NCBI RefSeq assembly: GCF_004010195.1
Contig: NC_057751.1
Coordinates: forward strand, 13,404,711 to 13,468,710
Reading direction: 5' to 3'
From: Chiloscyllium plagiosum
Lineage: Eukaryota
Length of the DNA stretch: 64,000 nucleotides
The position numbers were made by a program, and so were the translations under genes. Numbering within the stretch: position 1 is the stretch's first letter; each line of letters opens with the position of its first letter. Under the pieces are notes generated by a model, which searched no databases, was not told the origin of the DNA, and saw only the letters and a list, made by a program, of their open reading frames with translations. This document shows positions 13,672 to 26,835 of the stretch, piece after piece.

Positions 13672-13808
13672 TAATGAGCCCTCCTGAAGAAGGGCTCATG
13701 CCCGAAACGTCGATTTTCCTGCTCCTTGGATGCTGTCTGACCTGCTGCGCTTTTCCAGCAACACATTTTCAGCTCTGATCTCCAGCATCTGCAGTCCTCA
13801 CTTTCTCC
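13672..13808 (+). mobile_element. Penelope terminal-repeat insertion (family A) with hammerhead motif and 16-bp TSD
   Basis: TSD TAAGA(C/A)ATAATTAACA at 13656-13671 and 13809-13824; CTGAAGA-A-GGGC-TCAT-GCCC-GAAA-CG-TC at 13684-13711. Confidence 0.85.
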
Positions 13809-13945
13809 TAAGAAATAATTAACAACCTTGCTGGAAAGGAACTTTTGAGAAATACTGAGCAGAATGTGATAGAATTGTGCAGTAAGCTGAAATGTGATGT
13901 GGTTCATTCTGAAAATGCTGACCATGTGGGAGGCACAGTGGCAGT

Positions 13946-14256
13946 GGGCGGCACGGTGGCGCAGTGGTTAGCACTGTTGCCTCACAGCGCCAGGGACCCG
14001 GGTTCAATTCCCGCCTCAGGCGACTGACTGCGTGGAGTTTGCACATTCTCCCCGTGTCTGCGTGGGTTTCCTCCAGGTGCTCCGGTTTCCTCCCACAATC
14101 CAAAAATGCGCAGGTTAGGTGAGTTGGCCATGCTAAATTGCCCGTAGTGTTAGGTGAAGGGGTAAATGTAGGGGAATAGGTCTGGATGGGTTGCGCTTCG
14201 GCGGGTCGGTGTGGGCCGAAGGGCCTGTTTCCACACTGTAAGTAATCTAATCCTAA
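13946..14256 (+). mobile_element. Young HE1-like V-SINE
   Basis: A box TGGCGCAGTGG (13957-13967), B box GGTTCAATTCC (14001-14011), V domain, AATCT tail. Confidence 0.92.
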
Positions 14257-14279
14257 GAAAGGAAATTATGAAGGTCAGA

Positions 14280-14631
14280 GGGTGGCCCGGTGGCCTAGTA
14301 GTTAGCACTACTGCCTCATGGTGCAATGGATCAGGTTCAATGCAACCGTTGGGCAACTGACTATGTGGGGGGTTGTGCATTCCCTCCATGTTTGCATGGG
14401 TTTCTTCCAGGTTATCTGGTTTCCTCCCAGAGTCCAAAGATGTGCAAGTTAGTTAGATTAGTTATGCTAAATTTCCAATAGTGTCCAGGCTTATGCAGAT
14501 GAGGTGGATTAGTCATGAGAATGCAATCTTATAAGGATAAGATGGGAGGTGGGTCTGGAGGCGATGCTCCTCAGAGTGTCAGTGTGGACTTGATGGCCCG
14601 AATGGCCTGATTCCACACTGTAGGGATTCTA
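14280..14631 (+). mobile_element. Older HE1-like SINE
   Basis: Degenerate A/B boxes and V domain. Confidence 0.8.
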
Positions 14632-15379
14632 AATTGACTCTGGTGGATGAGAAAAATAGGTAAAGAAATTTGACAGTGGACAGGCAATGGCCAGTATTTA
14701 AAGAAATGCGACACAGCCCACAACAGATATACACAGCTCGAAAACACACAAGGCAAGAAAAGTCAACATTGGTAATGCAGGAGGTTCAAGATTGCATTAG
14801 ATCTGAAGAACAAAAACAGAAATTGCTGAAAAAGCTCAACAGGTCTGGCAGCATCTATGGAGAGAAATGAGAATTACATTTTAGGTCGAGTGACCCTTCC
14901 TCAGAAGAGCATCCACCGTTCTTTTGGTTCTTATTTAGATCTGAGGATGTAGTTTATAAGGATGCTAGAAAAAGTTGTAAACCTAAGGATTGGGGGCAAC
15001 TTAAAGATCAGGAAAGGAAGACTAAGGAACTAATTAATAAAGTGAAAAGAGAATATGAATACAAACTAATGAGGAACATAAAGGCAGACTGCAAGAGCTC
15101 CTTTAGGTATGTGAAAAGGAAAAGATTAGCTAAGACAAATATGGGCCCAGTACAGTATGGGCAGGAGAATTCATAGTGGAGGACAGGGAAATGATGGAGA
15201 AACTAAACAGTTACATTGTTTCTGCCTTCATAGAATAAGTTAAAGAAAATTTAACAGAAATCTCAGTGAACAAGGAACTTGTGAAACTGAGGAACTAAAA
15301 TAAATGAATATGAGTAAAGAGGTAGTTCTAGAAAAGTTAGCTAGTTTGAAGGTTGATACATCCCCTAGACTAGAAATAA

Positions 15380-16150
15380 ATGGTGAACACTGGATTCTGA
15401 AATGGTGTTGGAATTGGTATTCCCTTGCTTTTGTAGTTAAAATGTAGAAGCCTTCCAACTCAGTGAAAATTTGGCTCCAATTGTAGGTTAATTTTAATAC
15501 ATCGAGCCACAAAGCAGATCCATTCCAATTCAAGGACCTGGTCTATAAAATCAAAAAATGGTCAGACCTCATTGCTGACTATATAAACTACGTAAATTTT
15601 GATGGTTCTGGCAAATCTGATGTCAAACTGAGACTCTATGTCCAGTATCCTTTCCCAGTGGTGGTATTCTTGCAAACAAACTTTAGACTTCTGACAATGC
15701 TTACTCCAATTTCACGGTGTGCAGCTTGTTTGTTACATTGCACAGTACCTTTAAGATTCCCGTCTGGTCAAATATGCTTTTTTCTGTGCTCAACTGTTCA
15801 GCTGCAGATGCAGACAGCTGAGAGGAATGCAGTTTTCCAGTACTCCTATTTCACACTTCTAAAAGTGTGACCTCCAGCAATAAGAAACCTGCTGCCATAG
15901 AAGAAAATTCTGTTGAATTTACAGCAGATTCGCCATGACGGCACATGAAAAGATCTGAATAATGTCAATGGACAAAAACATTCTGAAGACTGGAAGAAAT
16001 GCCAAATCAAAAGCCTTGCTTCGCACCAAAGCGGAAAAGCTGGAGGGTAGCATAAGACAGTGTTGGTGTGAGTTCCCTGTCTGAAATCGCAACCTCTTCA
16101 GCAACAACTCCATCAATGTTTGGGTGTGATCAGAAAGAAGAATCCAGTCC
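15380..16150 (-). mobile_element. Very decayed Penelope-like GIY-YIG remnant
   Basis: Minus-strand CATATTTGACCAGACGGGA resembles YIGQTG; a later DTGH motif follows. Confidence 0.35.
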
Positions 16151-16339
16151 AATCTGTTTCATTTTGCATTTCATAATAAGTACTCTTGGCTAGTTTCCCA
16201 TATTATGTCCCCTGTACTCTTGAGGACATTCAAAATATTGTTTCTGGTATCTTAATTTTTGACAAATCTCAATCTCCTTTTGTAGCTATGCTCAATGGCC
16301 TACAGGGACTCCCATTCAAAACTGAGGTTGCTCCCCCAC

Positions 16340-16960
16340 CCCCAAACCATCCAAGGTATCAAGATGTGAACAGAAGGGAGGAACTTGAAGTAATCACCAA
16401 GTGAAAAAGTAATGGGAAACCTATTAGATTTAAAGGCTGAGAAGTCCTGTGGGCCAAACGGTCTGCATATCATGTCTTTTAAGAGAAGTAGCAGTTTGGA
16501 TCATGAATATATTGGTCTTAATCTTCAAAACATTTGTAATTTCTGGAATGGTCCCAGTGGATTGGAAAATAACACATGCAACACCTTCATTCAAGGAAAG
16601 GGGGAGACAGAAAGCAGGAAACAATAGGCTAATTAACTTAACAGATATCATAGGAAATTGCTGGAATCCATTATTAAGGAGGTTATAGCACGATACTTAG
16701 AAAATCATAACATAGGTAGAGTCAACATGACCTTTTTGAAAGGGAAGTCATATTTAACTCAGTTATTAGAATTTAGAGATGAATAAAATGTGGCACAGAT
16801 GTAGACCTGTAGATGTTGTGTGCTTTGATTTTGAAAGGCATTTGATAAGGTTTCACATCAGAGGTAGAAAACAAAGATGGTTGGCTAAAAAGGAGCACAG
16901 AACAGGGATAAATGGATTTTCTCAAGTTGACAAACTCTAATCAGTGGAGTGCCACTTCTT
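16340..16960 (+). mobile_element. CR1 LINE RT fragment
   Basis: LKAEKSCGPNGLH; SGMVPVDWKITHATPSFKERGRQKAGNNRLINLTDIIG. Confidence 0.85.
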
Positions 16961-17670
16961 CCTTATTAACACTATTAAAACTTTATAACCCCTCAGATCA
17001 ATTTCTGTAACAGTAATCTGATCTCTGCCAAAGTTCTAACAAATCTGCTCTGTACCTTTTCACTGTTTGTCATTCTTCAAAAAGTATTCCCATTGTAATT
17101 AACTGAAAACTTTTGTATGGCTATATAGCACAGTGACTGAGCATAATGTTTTTGAAGAACAAACGTGATTAAATTTAGACTTACTGAACTACACTCATAA
17201 ATCTTAAAAATGTAACAACGAGAATCCAAAAAGAATTCTTTTTCAGTGAGCATATTTGCTTGGAACAATATTTCATTACAGCCTTGAAATCATTGATAGT
17301 AACTGTTGATACACTGCTTCCACAGGTTGATAGGAAGTCTTAGTATTCTGCAAGATCCTGAGTCTCATTTAAAAAGGTACTTATTTAGGAATTTAGACAG
17401 TTCCAAGATATAATGGATGTTTTCAGGATATTAAAGAGAACACATAGAGGAATGGAGTGAAGCAATTTTAACTTTTTGTGAAGGGACATAGTTCAAAATT
17501 AGAACCAGGTCTTTGACGAGTGAAATTAGGAAGTGCACCCACACACAAAATGGTGGTAGAAATTTGGAGTATACTTTTGCAAATTGCAATTAATGCTGGC
17601 AAGCACCGAGAAAAATGAAAACAGCAGCTGAATGGGAACACCACAATCTGCAAATTCCTTGCGAAGTTAT

Positions 17671-18742
17671 TGTTATGAAGATATGAGTGTACTGTACCTT
17701 TAAGAAAGTTAAAAGATAGTATAACTACCTGACAGTACCAAGTATTCTCAACAAGATACAATGTAGCATGTCGCCCAGCAGTTAGGGTAGCTGGTTGCCC
17801 GGAGACATTAACAGATTCGAATTAGGCGAATCAGTTTAAATAATACCCCCCACAAAAAAAAACCCAATCCAGTTTGAATTTAGTATATTGACAATCTTAA
17901 AAGCCAATGACACAATCGAATGCTTTGGGGGTATAAGACCCGGGAAAATTGAACAGTTGGGAGGAGAACCGCCAATGCACCAACATGTGAAGACTACCCG
18001 AAAAATAGCTCTCTTAAAGGTACCTTTATCGATCAGTAAACTGTGAAGCAGAATTCCCAAGAAGAAAAGAAGACTGGAATACAGAGAAGAACCGAAAGCT
18101 GCCTGGTTTTGAGGTAAGAAGTTTTGTTTTGTAAATCTTAATCAGGAACACAATAGAAAGACAGAAGGATAGAAAGAAATGAGAGAGAGTTAAACAGTTA
18201 TGACATGGGGTAAACCCTCCTGCTTAATTCAAACCAGCAACACAGAAAAGATTTATCTTGTGCAGTAATCTATGAAAAAGCAAGAGGCCAAGAACTATTT
18301 AGAGTAAAAATTAACAACTTTATTTCTGAAAGTCTAACAGAGAATAATTAACTCACAACTATTTACAACTCCTTCCTCTAACCTATCTTTTACTTTCCCT
18401 TCTATAATACTGCTCCGATAAAAATCCCGATTAAGATTTACAAAACAAAACTCATCTCAAAACTAGGCAGCTTTCGGTTCTTCTTTGTATTCCTGTCTTC
18501 CTTTTCTTCTTGGGGATTCTGCTTCAATATACTAAATTCAAATTGGATTGGAGTTTGGTATTTTTGGGCTATAATTTAAACTGATTCGCCTAATTCAAAT
18601 CTGTTTGTGTCCAGGCAACCAGCTACACTAACCGCTGAGCCACGTGCTACATTGTATTGTGTTGAGAACATTTGGTGCTGTCAGGTAGTTCTACTAGCTT
18701 TTAACTTTCTTAAAGGTACAGTACACCCACATCCTCATAACT
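17671..18742. mobile_element. Two related LTR-like copies in inverted orientation
   Basis: 17671-17891 is the reverse complement of 18524-18742, and 18044-18145 of 18425-18525; TTAT flanks both outer ends. Confidence 0.75.
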
Positions 18743-18747
18743 TTATA

Positions 18748-18970
18748 TAGAGTCAGAGAGATGTACAGCACAGAAACAGACCCTTTAGTCCAACTCGTCC
18801 ATGCCGTCCAGATATCCCAATCCAGTCTAGTCCCATCTGCCAGCACCTGGCTCATATCCCTCCAAATCCTTCCTATTTAGATACCCATCCAGATGCCTTT
18901 TAAATGTTGCAATTATACTAGCCTTCACCACTTCCTCTGGCAGCTCAGTCCATACACGTACCACCCTCTG
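18748..18970 (-). mobile_element. CR1 LINE 3' end
   Basis: QRVVRVWTELPEEVVKA..TFKRHLDGYLNRK plus 3' UTR. Confidence 0.9.
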
Positions 18971-19574
18971 ATTTGCCCTTCTTTCACCGCCTCTGGACAA
19001 ATCATCTGGAATTCGATCTCTTAAAACACTGTAACTGTAACTACATCTCTCAGATTGTAGTGGTCCAAGATAGTTGCTACTCAACACTTTCTCAGGCAAT
19101 TAAGGATGGGCAATAAGTAAGCAGCACCCACATCCATGAAGAAGTGGATAAAAAATTAAAATCTGACATTGGAAATACCTTTGGATAACAAAAATCTTGA
19201 CATCTATGAGACAAAGTAGATTTAGATAAATTATCAACACAATCTTTGAAAGTCGGAGTAGAGTCAAGGAGCTAAATAGCCTACTCCACTTCCTATCTTT
19301 CTCTCCACTTAGGAAATTTCAAAGTGGTTTTACCTCTGTAGCCTCCTTCAGCAGTGCTTCGCAATATCCTGAACTCTATGGACTGAATTTTCCCATGTTT
19401 TTGATTGTGTCATTTATGTGGACAATAGCAACTTTTCTCTTACAATCTTCACTACCCATCTAATTATTTATACATTTGGGCTCTTGAGACATCCTTCTTC
19501 AATTGAGCAGTCACAGATGCAAACATACCTGCTGTAGTAGGGACCTTCTGGCATTCACATTATTACTAAATACA

Positions 19575-19765
19575 TGGCTGAAAAAGGGAAGCTTGGCATC
19601 CCCATTTGCCAACAGAGATCTGGAAATCCTGGTTGACAGGATGTTGGAGGGAAGGGCCATCCTCTTCCTTCTGAACTGTCAAAGGCAGGTGTGGTTGGCA
19701 GACACTGCCAGCCTGCACAATGCTGTTTCCAGGATGAAAAGAAATGTTTATCAATGCTGAAACCA
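19575..19765 (+). mobile_element. Remnant of Harbinger-type Myb/SANT-like (NAIF1-like) DNA-binding ORF
   Basis: PFANRDLEILVDRMLEGRAILF...WLADTASLHNAVSRMKRNVYQC resembles F..RE(L/V)EI.V.....R..L...W......NAV....R...QC. Confidence 0.55.
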
Positions 19766-21120
19766 AACTATTTACATACTGTTCAAATTTAAGGGTTTTG
19801 AAGCATAATAAAAATATAATTCCATAACTCCCAAAAACACTATTTTACAGATCGCAAAACACTCCTTTACAGTCATCACATGAGAGAGAATATCCTTTTC
19901 AATCACCTCTGCAGGCTTACTTTAACTGTGGTTTCAACTCCCATTGTGGAGAATCTGATAGCTTCTTCCTGGAACCTTAATATGATTGAGCATACATTTT
20001 CTCAGAGTTAAGTGATCCTTTTAGGGTTTAATCCAAATATTTCTGGTCTAGAACTATTACTAAACTCATTCCTCCAAGATAATCTGTTTTTTTAACAAAT
20101 CAAAACTATCATACCTTCTCAGGAACAACTGTTTTAAAAACCCATCATTTGCTAAGAACAGTCCTCAACTCGTACTAAATCTGAAAAGTTTTTCTCCCAT
20201 AAACGTATAAAACACAAGTCCAGACTTCTCCATCAAAAAGTCAAATATGCTAGACTGGATACTTTGTTCATGGTTTAAAATAAATCACCATGGCGACAGA
20301 TATAGCTAGTAATTAATCATTAAACCCCTTCAGTTTAAAATTCAAAATTTCAAACCTAAAAATAAATTATCTTAAAATAAACATAAATCTCATGCCCTAC
20401 ATCACACGTCATTTTCTCTCTTCTACCTCACAATCACTCTCCCTTCACCATTGCACAAATTTCCCAACAAAACTCATGATTTACTAGTCTCACTATCGCA
20501 TGCAGCACCTCCACTCAAGACTGTCAGCTACTTCATCTTTTCAAAATTCTGACCATCCTCTTCCCCCCAATTCTTTCTACTTCCTACTCATTCAGTTGGG
20601 ATACCTCACCATCTTTCCTGCTCCAGCATCACTAATAGTTCTTTCAGCCTCTTTCATTTCACTCATTACACCCTTTTGTCACATTGCAGGAGAAAATGTC
20701 AAACAACAGTGTGGAAAGGACAAAGACAGCAAGTAGGGTGTTGACATTTGTGTTCTCACTCCCTTTGGGAGAAGATCCTCGAAATGGCAGAAGAGGTCAT
20801 GACCATTCATGTGGGGATAGAGAAAGTCAGGAGAAAGTGATTCCTGATGAAACATCGATTCTCCTGCTCCTCGGATGCTGTCTGACCTGCTGTGCTTTTC
20901 AGCACCACATCCTTGACCCCCCATTCATGTGGGGATGCCAAGGTTTCCACTGTCAAGGCAACCAGGTAAACCTCATTGTGCTCTATTATGCTGCCCTCCC
21001 ATTATCATCACTGTGAATGTATTCTTAACATGCAGTAACTTCTATCACTATTGCACAACTAATAACCTCTCTCTTCTTATGCAGTCACTGAAGGCACCCA
21101 CAAGGCCTCAATCACAAAGA

Positions 21121-21258
21121 TTCTGGATTAGTGGTGCTGGAAGAGCACAGCAGTTCAGGCAGCATCAGAGGAGCAGTAAATTCCTGCGTGAACTGCTGTG
21201 CTCTTCCAGCACCACTAATTCAGAATCTGGTTTCCAGCATCTGCAGTCATTGTTTTTA
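21121..21258. mobile_element. Fold-back Penelope terminal-repeat insertion with centre deleted, 14-bp TSD
   Basis: TSD CTCAATCACAAAGA at 21107-21120 and 21259-21272; inverted arms TTAGTGGTGCTGGAAGAGCACAGCAGTTCA / TGAACTGCTGTGCTCTTCCAGCACCACTAA. Confidence 0.88.
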
Positions 21259-23849
21259 CTCAATCACAAAGAGACCAGTTCTTCTTCAACCTCTGACGCA
21301 GAAACCAGTGATCCCTAAGGTAGTGTAACAGCAAGATTTTCTCCTGCACTCTCCACCAACTCAGAGACTTTCAACTCATAGGTTCACTTCCTGGATTAAA
21401 TGGAAGAGCACATTCCAGTGTATGTATGATTGACATATCTCCACAGCTGCTTCGAAGACGAAATGTTCTGGGTCACTGGCACACAAAGAACTGCCAGAGC
21501 CTGGGCATCTACTCATTCCCAGGCAGAAGATGACCCAACGGTGTCAGCCATTAATGACTTTGTTCGAATCCACAGTTGGTCCCAGGAGTAGCAAGTAGGC
21601 TTGTCAGAGACACTAGGCAGACTGGAATGAAGATTGGAGGCATCCACTAACTTTATCAGTATTGTGCTGGTTATGGCGTGTGTCTGTCTGTCTCCATATG
21701 ATCATCGAGATCCAGGTCCAGCTAAATGCTCAGGGGCTGTTGAAAATGCACGCAGACCTGCATACCATTATTCTAGCCATCAGTGCTCAGCAAGGCAAGT
21801 TTGGGATGAAGGACCTTGCCCTCACTCTAGGTTTCCCTTTCTGTCAAACAGATATAGTGGTGCTAACAGGCACCCAGAGCATGAATCGCACAAACATACA
21901 GAGGCCCCCTCAGAAGGTCTCCTCCCAAGGTCACCCAGGGGTGCCTGACCCGTCCACCTCCACCCTGCCTATGACCCCAAATCTGTGGAAGTTGCAACCA
22001 AGAAGGGTGAGCCTACATGTGAGCAGAACACTGTTAGTATGTTTGGACCTCCAACCACATACGGCCCAAATCTTCTGGCCAACAGACTTCAGCACAGAGC
22101 ATGCTCATTCGACCACATGTGCAGACACTGAAATCGAGACAAAGTGTGACAGCATGAAAATAAGACACTCTGAAGGTGACACTTCATTGTAAGTACAGTC
22201 AAACATCTTGAAATACAGCTGTTCTTCAAATAATTACATATCTAATCTACTAATTTAAATATCGGAATGGGTTAACATGTCAGAGTTAAGCAGCCTCTTC
22301 ATAAATCCCAAGATGAATAGAAGTTATAGCACAACACTGCTCAACTTTGTCAATTACTTTGGATGGCAACAGATTTCAGACATCCTTCAAACGTTACGTT
22401 CATGAGTGCAACCAAGACGCAGCATTTTAGTGAGGAGATCGCGGAGACCAATATTAATGTGAAAACCCTGACACAGGTCTTTGCCTCCACTCATATGTTC
22501 CACATGATCATATTCATGAATGCACACTTCTCTGGGGGCCAGAAATTCATTCCATCTACACGTCTTACAAAGGAGCAGGTAGTCTTTTAAGGCTATGTGA
22601 TAGCCAATTAACATCCGAAAGGTTCCTTTGTGTTTAGTCACTGTGAAGAACCTTACTTACCTTAAGTGGCAATGACTTACAAGAGACTCACACTACACTT
22701 CATGCACAATTTGTTATCAGACACATAAGAGATGGTCCAGCATCTTTAAAATCAAAGCAGATAATTAAATATTGAAGCTTGTAAATAAAATGAATAGTTT
22801 GATTTAAATTGGAATAAAATAATTAATGATGATTCATATTGATTATGTATTCAACAATTAAACACAATTTCAATATATAACCTGTGACTTATTATGGATA
22901 CAACCTGTTAAACAAAATAGGATAGTTTTGTTACAAAGCATATGAATTTACCATTATATCTTCGATCTGCAGAGTGGTACATGCTGCTATTTTTGATAAT
23001 TCACTGGAAGAATGCTTCTGTTATCAAATTCACTCAACACAAAAAGGAAGACTTGTATTAAGTAATAGTTATTGTTTCAAATACCCACAGATACAGAATG
23101 TCAAGACTTGCAACGTAACTTCACTATTACATTAAGCTATTATATTTTCTGTTGCAAGATTTTTTGCAATGATAGAGAAATCCAATCTCCAACTGACGTA
23201 GCAGGAGAATATAATTTTAAAGTATCCACTAATGTTAACACTTTATAATGTTTCTTGAACTAAGCATTACATTAATTTATCTTGTGACTGTAAGAGTTGT
23301 TTTCATCTCATGCTGCAGCCTATTTTTAAAATAAATTACAACTATGCCGATGTTCTTCTCTTTTGTGCACCGTACTCCTTCCATCATCAAATATTTTCAG
23401 TCAGGTTCAGAAACCCTAACTGATACAAATCACCAATTTATAATAAAAGTATCCAAACATGGCACAACAGCAATGGACATTGGAAATTTTGTTTCTCTAA
23501 TTCATGGCATGCAAAATTCCTGGACACCAATTAAATTAATCAAATGAACCATCCTGCTGCTGTTGCTATGATTCATGGGAAAAAAGCCACTGGCAGAAAA
23601 TTGTCTGATTCTATGGCAAATAATGTCATTCCATTTCGTGGCTGGAGTGAAATGGGAGTACAATATTTGAGGGTAGAGGTAAACTTGTGAAGGACCGCTG
23701 AAGCAGCAGCTATCACCAGATGTTTGTGCAAAGATGTTGTGTTTAGTGTGGGCTCTTTGTTGTGTCATCTAACCTCCCAGACGTATTTTATCCTTCTTGA
23801 TTACAAGCAGCAAATCATGTAGTTGGGAAATTTTGCAATACAGCTCCAA

Positions 23850-24480
23850 GTCATCATTATTGTTCATCACTAGTTGTCTCTTGATTCGAGGATGGCATTT
23901 ACTCAGAGTCATGAGTTCCTGCCATGAGTCTTAATGTGATACAACAGGGTGATTCTTACCCACAGATCTTTGGGTAAATGGGGCAGGATCTCCATGGATT
24001 AATGGAATCCAGAGTGCAGAATTTGCTTCCCATCTCCCCTTTTCTGCTGTCATTTTGTTCACTGTTTAGACTCAAAGCATGATTCATTTTGATGGAAACG
24101 TTGACACCATTTGGAATAACTGGTTGCAGGCATCTTCCAATCATCAATGTCTGTGCTGCTGCTTCAAGGAGTGATTCAAGAAATCTCTGAAGTGTTTTCT
24201 TTGTCCTTCCCTGGAAAGGTGGCCGTTTGAGGTTAAAGAAAAATTGGCAGGGAGGTGCTTATCAGCTATCAGGACAGTGTTCAGTCCATCCATGTTGATT
24301 TTGTGGAGGCTTTGTCTGAATGCTGTGGATTTGGCATCAAGAACAACACTATTTGTTCAACATTCTTCTCACTGAATCTGGAGGATGGGCTTGAGGCATG
24401 GCTGATAGAATGTTTGATTCAGGACTGTGGTGATGAAAAATGCTCTCTATATGAAGACTTGTTGATTCCATATGTTGAGT
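23850..24480 (-). mobile_element. RTE-clade LINE 3' remnant
   Basis: Minus strand reads ..EGQRKHFRDFLNHSLK..IDDWKMPA..W, like the RTE ORF2 C-terminus (G.QRKR..D.LK..LK..W). Confidence 0.55.
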
Positions 24481-25139
24481 AGCAAATTGCTATTGCAGTT
24501 AGTTTCTGTATCTCACTTGACAAGCTCCTTTACAAAATTTGCTTCAGTATACATTTAGAGTGAGAGGGCTTAACACTGGGTGTGACTTCTATTCAGAATT
24601 TTGAAAATAGAGCTTGTCACAGCAATGTTCTCATTTAAATGCAGTAGATTTGAAAAAGAAAATTAGTGCAAATCCTCGAACAGCTTCCTGCATTGCTGAC
24701 AGGAATCATGGATTGAAAATGTGCTGCACATTCATAATAGAACAATCTTTTTGTCCCAGCTTATAAGAGTAACATTATACATTGGTATTTCTTTTACAAT
24801 TCTCCAAATCAAAATCAAACAAGCTTATTTTCAGTTCAGTCAGCCACAGCCAAGTGAGGAGAAACTCATCCTAGTCAATTTAGTCTGACCCACAATTATT
24901 TTCCAGCAAACAACTTCTTTTAATCTTATGAACGAAGTTTGATTTCTCTGTCTTCAATTTACATGACCAAATTCATCTTTACTTTCCCCTTTGTTGCCTT
25001 GGTTTTCAGAGCCTGATATTCTCCCCATTTGGTTTAAATTATCATGCTGAACCCTGTGCAGCACTTTTTATTTAATGTTGTCTGTTTGATTTTATTGCAC
25101 AACTTCAGAATTTTAGCTTACATCATTCACTGTTTTAGC

Positions 25140-26200
25140 AAGAATCAGTTATAAAAAATATTTAATAGCAGAGTACTTGGAAAAGGGTGACAGGATTAGA
25201 CAGAGACAACATGGATGTATGAAAGAAAAATCATGTTTGACAAATCTATTGGAATTTTTCAAGGACGTAACTGGTTGGGATGATAAGGAGGAATCAGTAA
25301 ATGTGAAAAACCAAAGAACTACAGGCACTGGAAGTCAGAAAGAACTACAGAAAGTGCTGGAAAAACTCAACAGTTCTGTTAGCATCTGTGCAGAGAAAGC
25401 AGAGTTAATGCTTTGGGTCTAGTGACCCTTCTTCAGAACTTCAAAAGAAAGTCATTGGATCAGAAATAATAATTCTGTCGTGTTGCAACCAGTGAATGTA
25501 GTTTGCCTGAAGGCTTTCGATAAGGTCCTGCATGAGAGATGAGGATGTAAAATTAAAATGCATGAGATTGGGGGCTAATGTACTGACAGAGATAGAGAAC
25601 TGATTTGCGCACAGAGAGAAAAAAATTAGTAGGGATGCACTTTCTCCAACTGGCAGACAGTGATGATTGGGGTACTGGAGCATTTAGTGCTGAGATCCCA
25701 GCTGTTCAAAATATATATTAATGATTTAGATGAGAGAACTAAATGTAATGTCGCCAGGTTTACAGATGATGCAAAGCTGGATGGGAGGATGAGATGCTTC
25801 AGGTGAGATTTGGATAAGTTGAGTTTTTTTTAAAGGGACTGGCAAATGCATGGCAGATAAATTATAATGTGATGTTATTCACTTTTGTAGCAAAAGCAGG
25901 AAAGCAGGTTATTATCTGAGTGCCGATTGTTTGGGAAAGGAGAGTCACAAGAAGACTGGTGTCTTTGTACACTCCTCGCTGAAAGTAAGCATGCAGGTGC
26001 AGCAGGCAGTGAAGAAAGCAAATGGCATGTTGGCCTTCATACTGAAAGAATGTTGAGCTGAAGAACAGGGATGTCTTGCTGCTATTTTACAAGTGAGACC
26101 AAATGTAGAGTATTGCATTCAGTTTTAGTCTCCTCATCTTAGGGATGTCCTAGCTATTGGGGGAATGTGACGAAGATTGATAAGTGATTCCCGGGACAGC
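25140..26200 (+). mobile_element. CR1 LINE RT fragment interrupted by a small PLE piece (about 25305-25490)
   Basis: QHGCMKEKSCLTNLLEFF; FTDDAKL motif. Confidence 0.85.
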
Positions 26201-26299
26201 AGGACTGACTTATGAAGAGCCCCTCTTCCAATAGACAATGAGGATTGGTGTGCAGCACCCCATGAAAGTGAAAGCTGTTCCATGGATTTCAAACCTATT

Positions 26300-26835
26300 A
26301 TCCAGTCACAGGAGAGCAACATTTGTCCTGCCACTCCTGTTAATTCCCAGCGCCTCTGTTAATGTTTTGTGACCAAGCAGTCTAGACTGCTGTTGCCAAA
26401 ACCGCGAGGATGCAATTTGTCTTTTAAGTCCAGAGTTACCCGAGGTCATCCTTCAAGACCAACTGTTGTTAGTTGTTTGGTCATACGGAACTTGAGTAGT
26501 ACTGAGAAAGGAAACATTCTCTTGAAGCTTTCTGTCTTGCACTCATCAGGGCAGTTCACAAGAAATACCATTATAAAGGGAACTCATCTTTTTATGTTGC
26601 ACGAGGAGAAAGTGCTGATTGGTTTGCAGTGGAGCCTGACTGACAGAGACTTTGCCATTGAAAATGCATCAGCTAGATGAAGAGTGACAGTTACTACTGC
26701 CAAGAGTTGTTTAAGTTTTAAACTTGGCAGGTTGAATCTGATTGGTCTTGGTACTATCTGAAGAAATGAACCGGAGAATGGCTGCCACCTGTTTTGTGAG
26801 CTACAGTAAGCACAACATGAGTAGATGTTCTTTCT
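26300..26835 (-). mobile_element. Decayed Penelope-like terminal region with hammerhead-like motif
   Basis: Minus-strand CTGATGA-GTGCAAGACA-GAAA-GC-TT at 26525-26549. Confidence 0.45.

Larger units (their letters stand above)
12530..15365 (+). mobile_element. Old CR1 LINE (ORF1 esterase-like region into ORF2 endonuclease), interrupted by a PLE and two SINEs
   Basis: VRGTDRHFCAHSSDSRMVCCLP (CR1 ORF1 motif) followed by decayed endonuclease and linker text. Confidence 0.7.

Noticed and set aside
13946..14020. tRNA-like A and B boxes
   Set aside because: Head of an HE1-type SINE; no complete cloverleaf.
22387..22641. 84-aa minus-strand ORF (..DYLLLCKTCRWNEF..)
   Set aside because: No recognisable domain, and the nearby strong donor cannot supply this frame without a stop.
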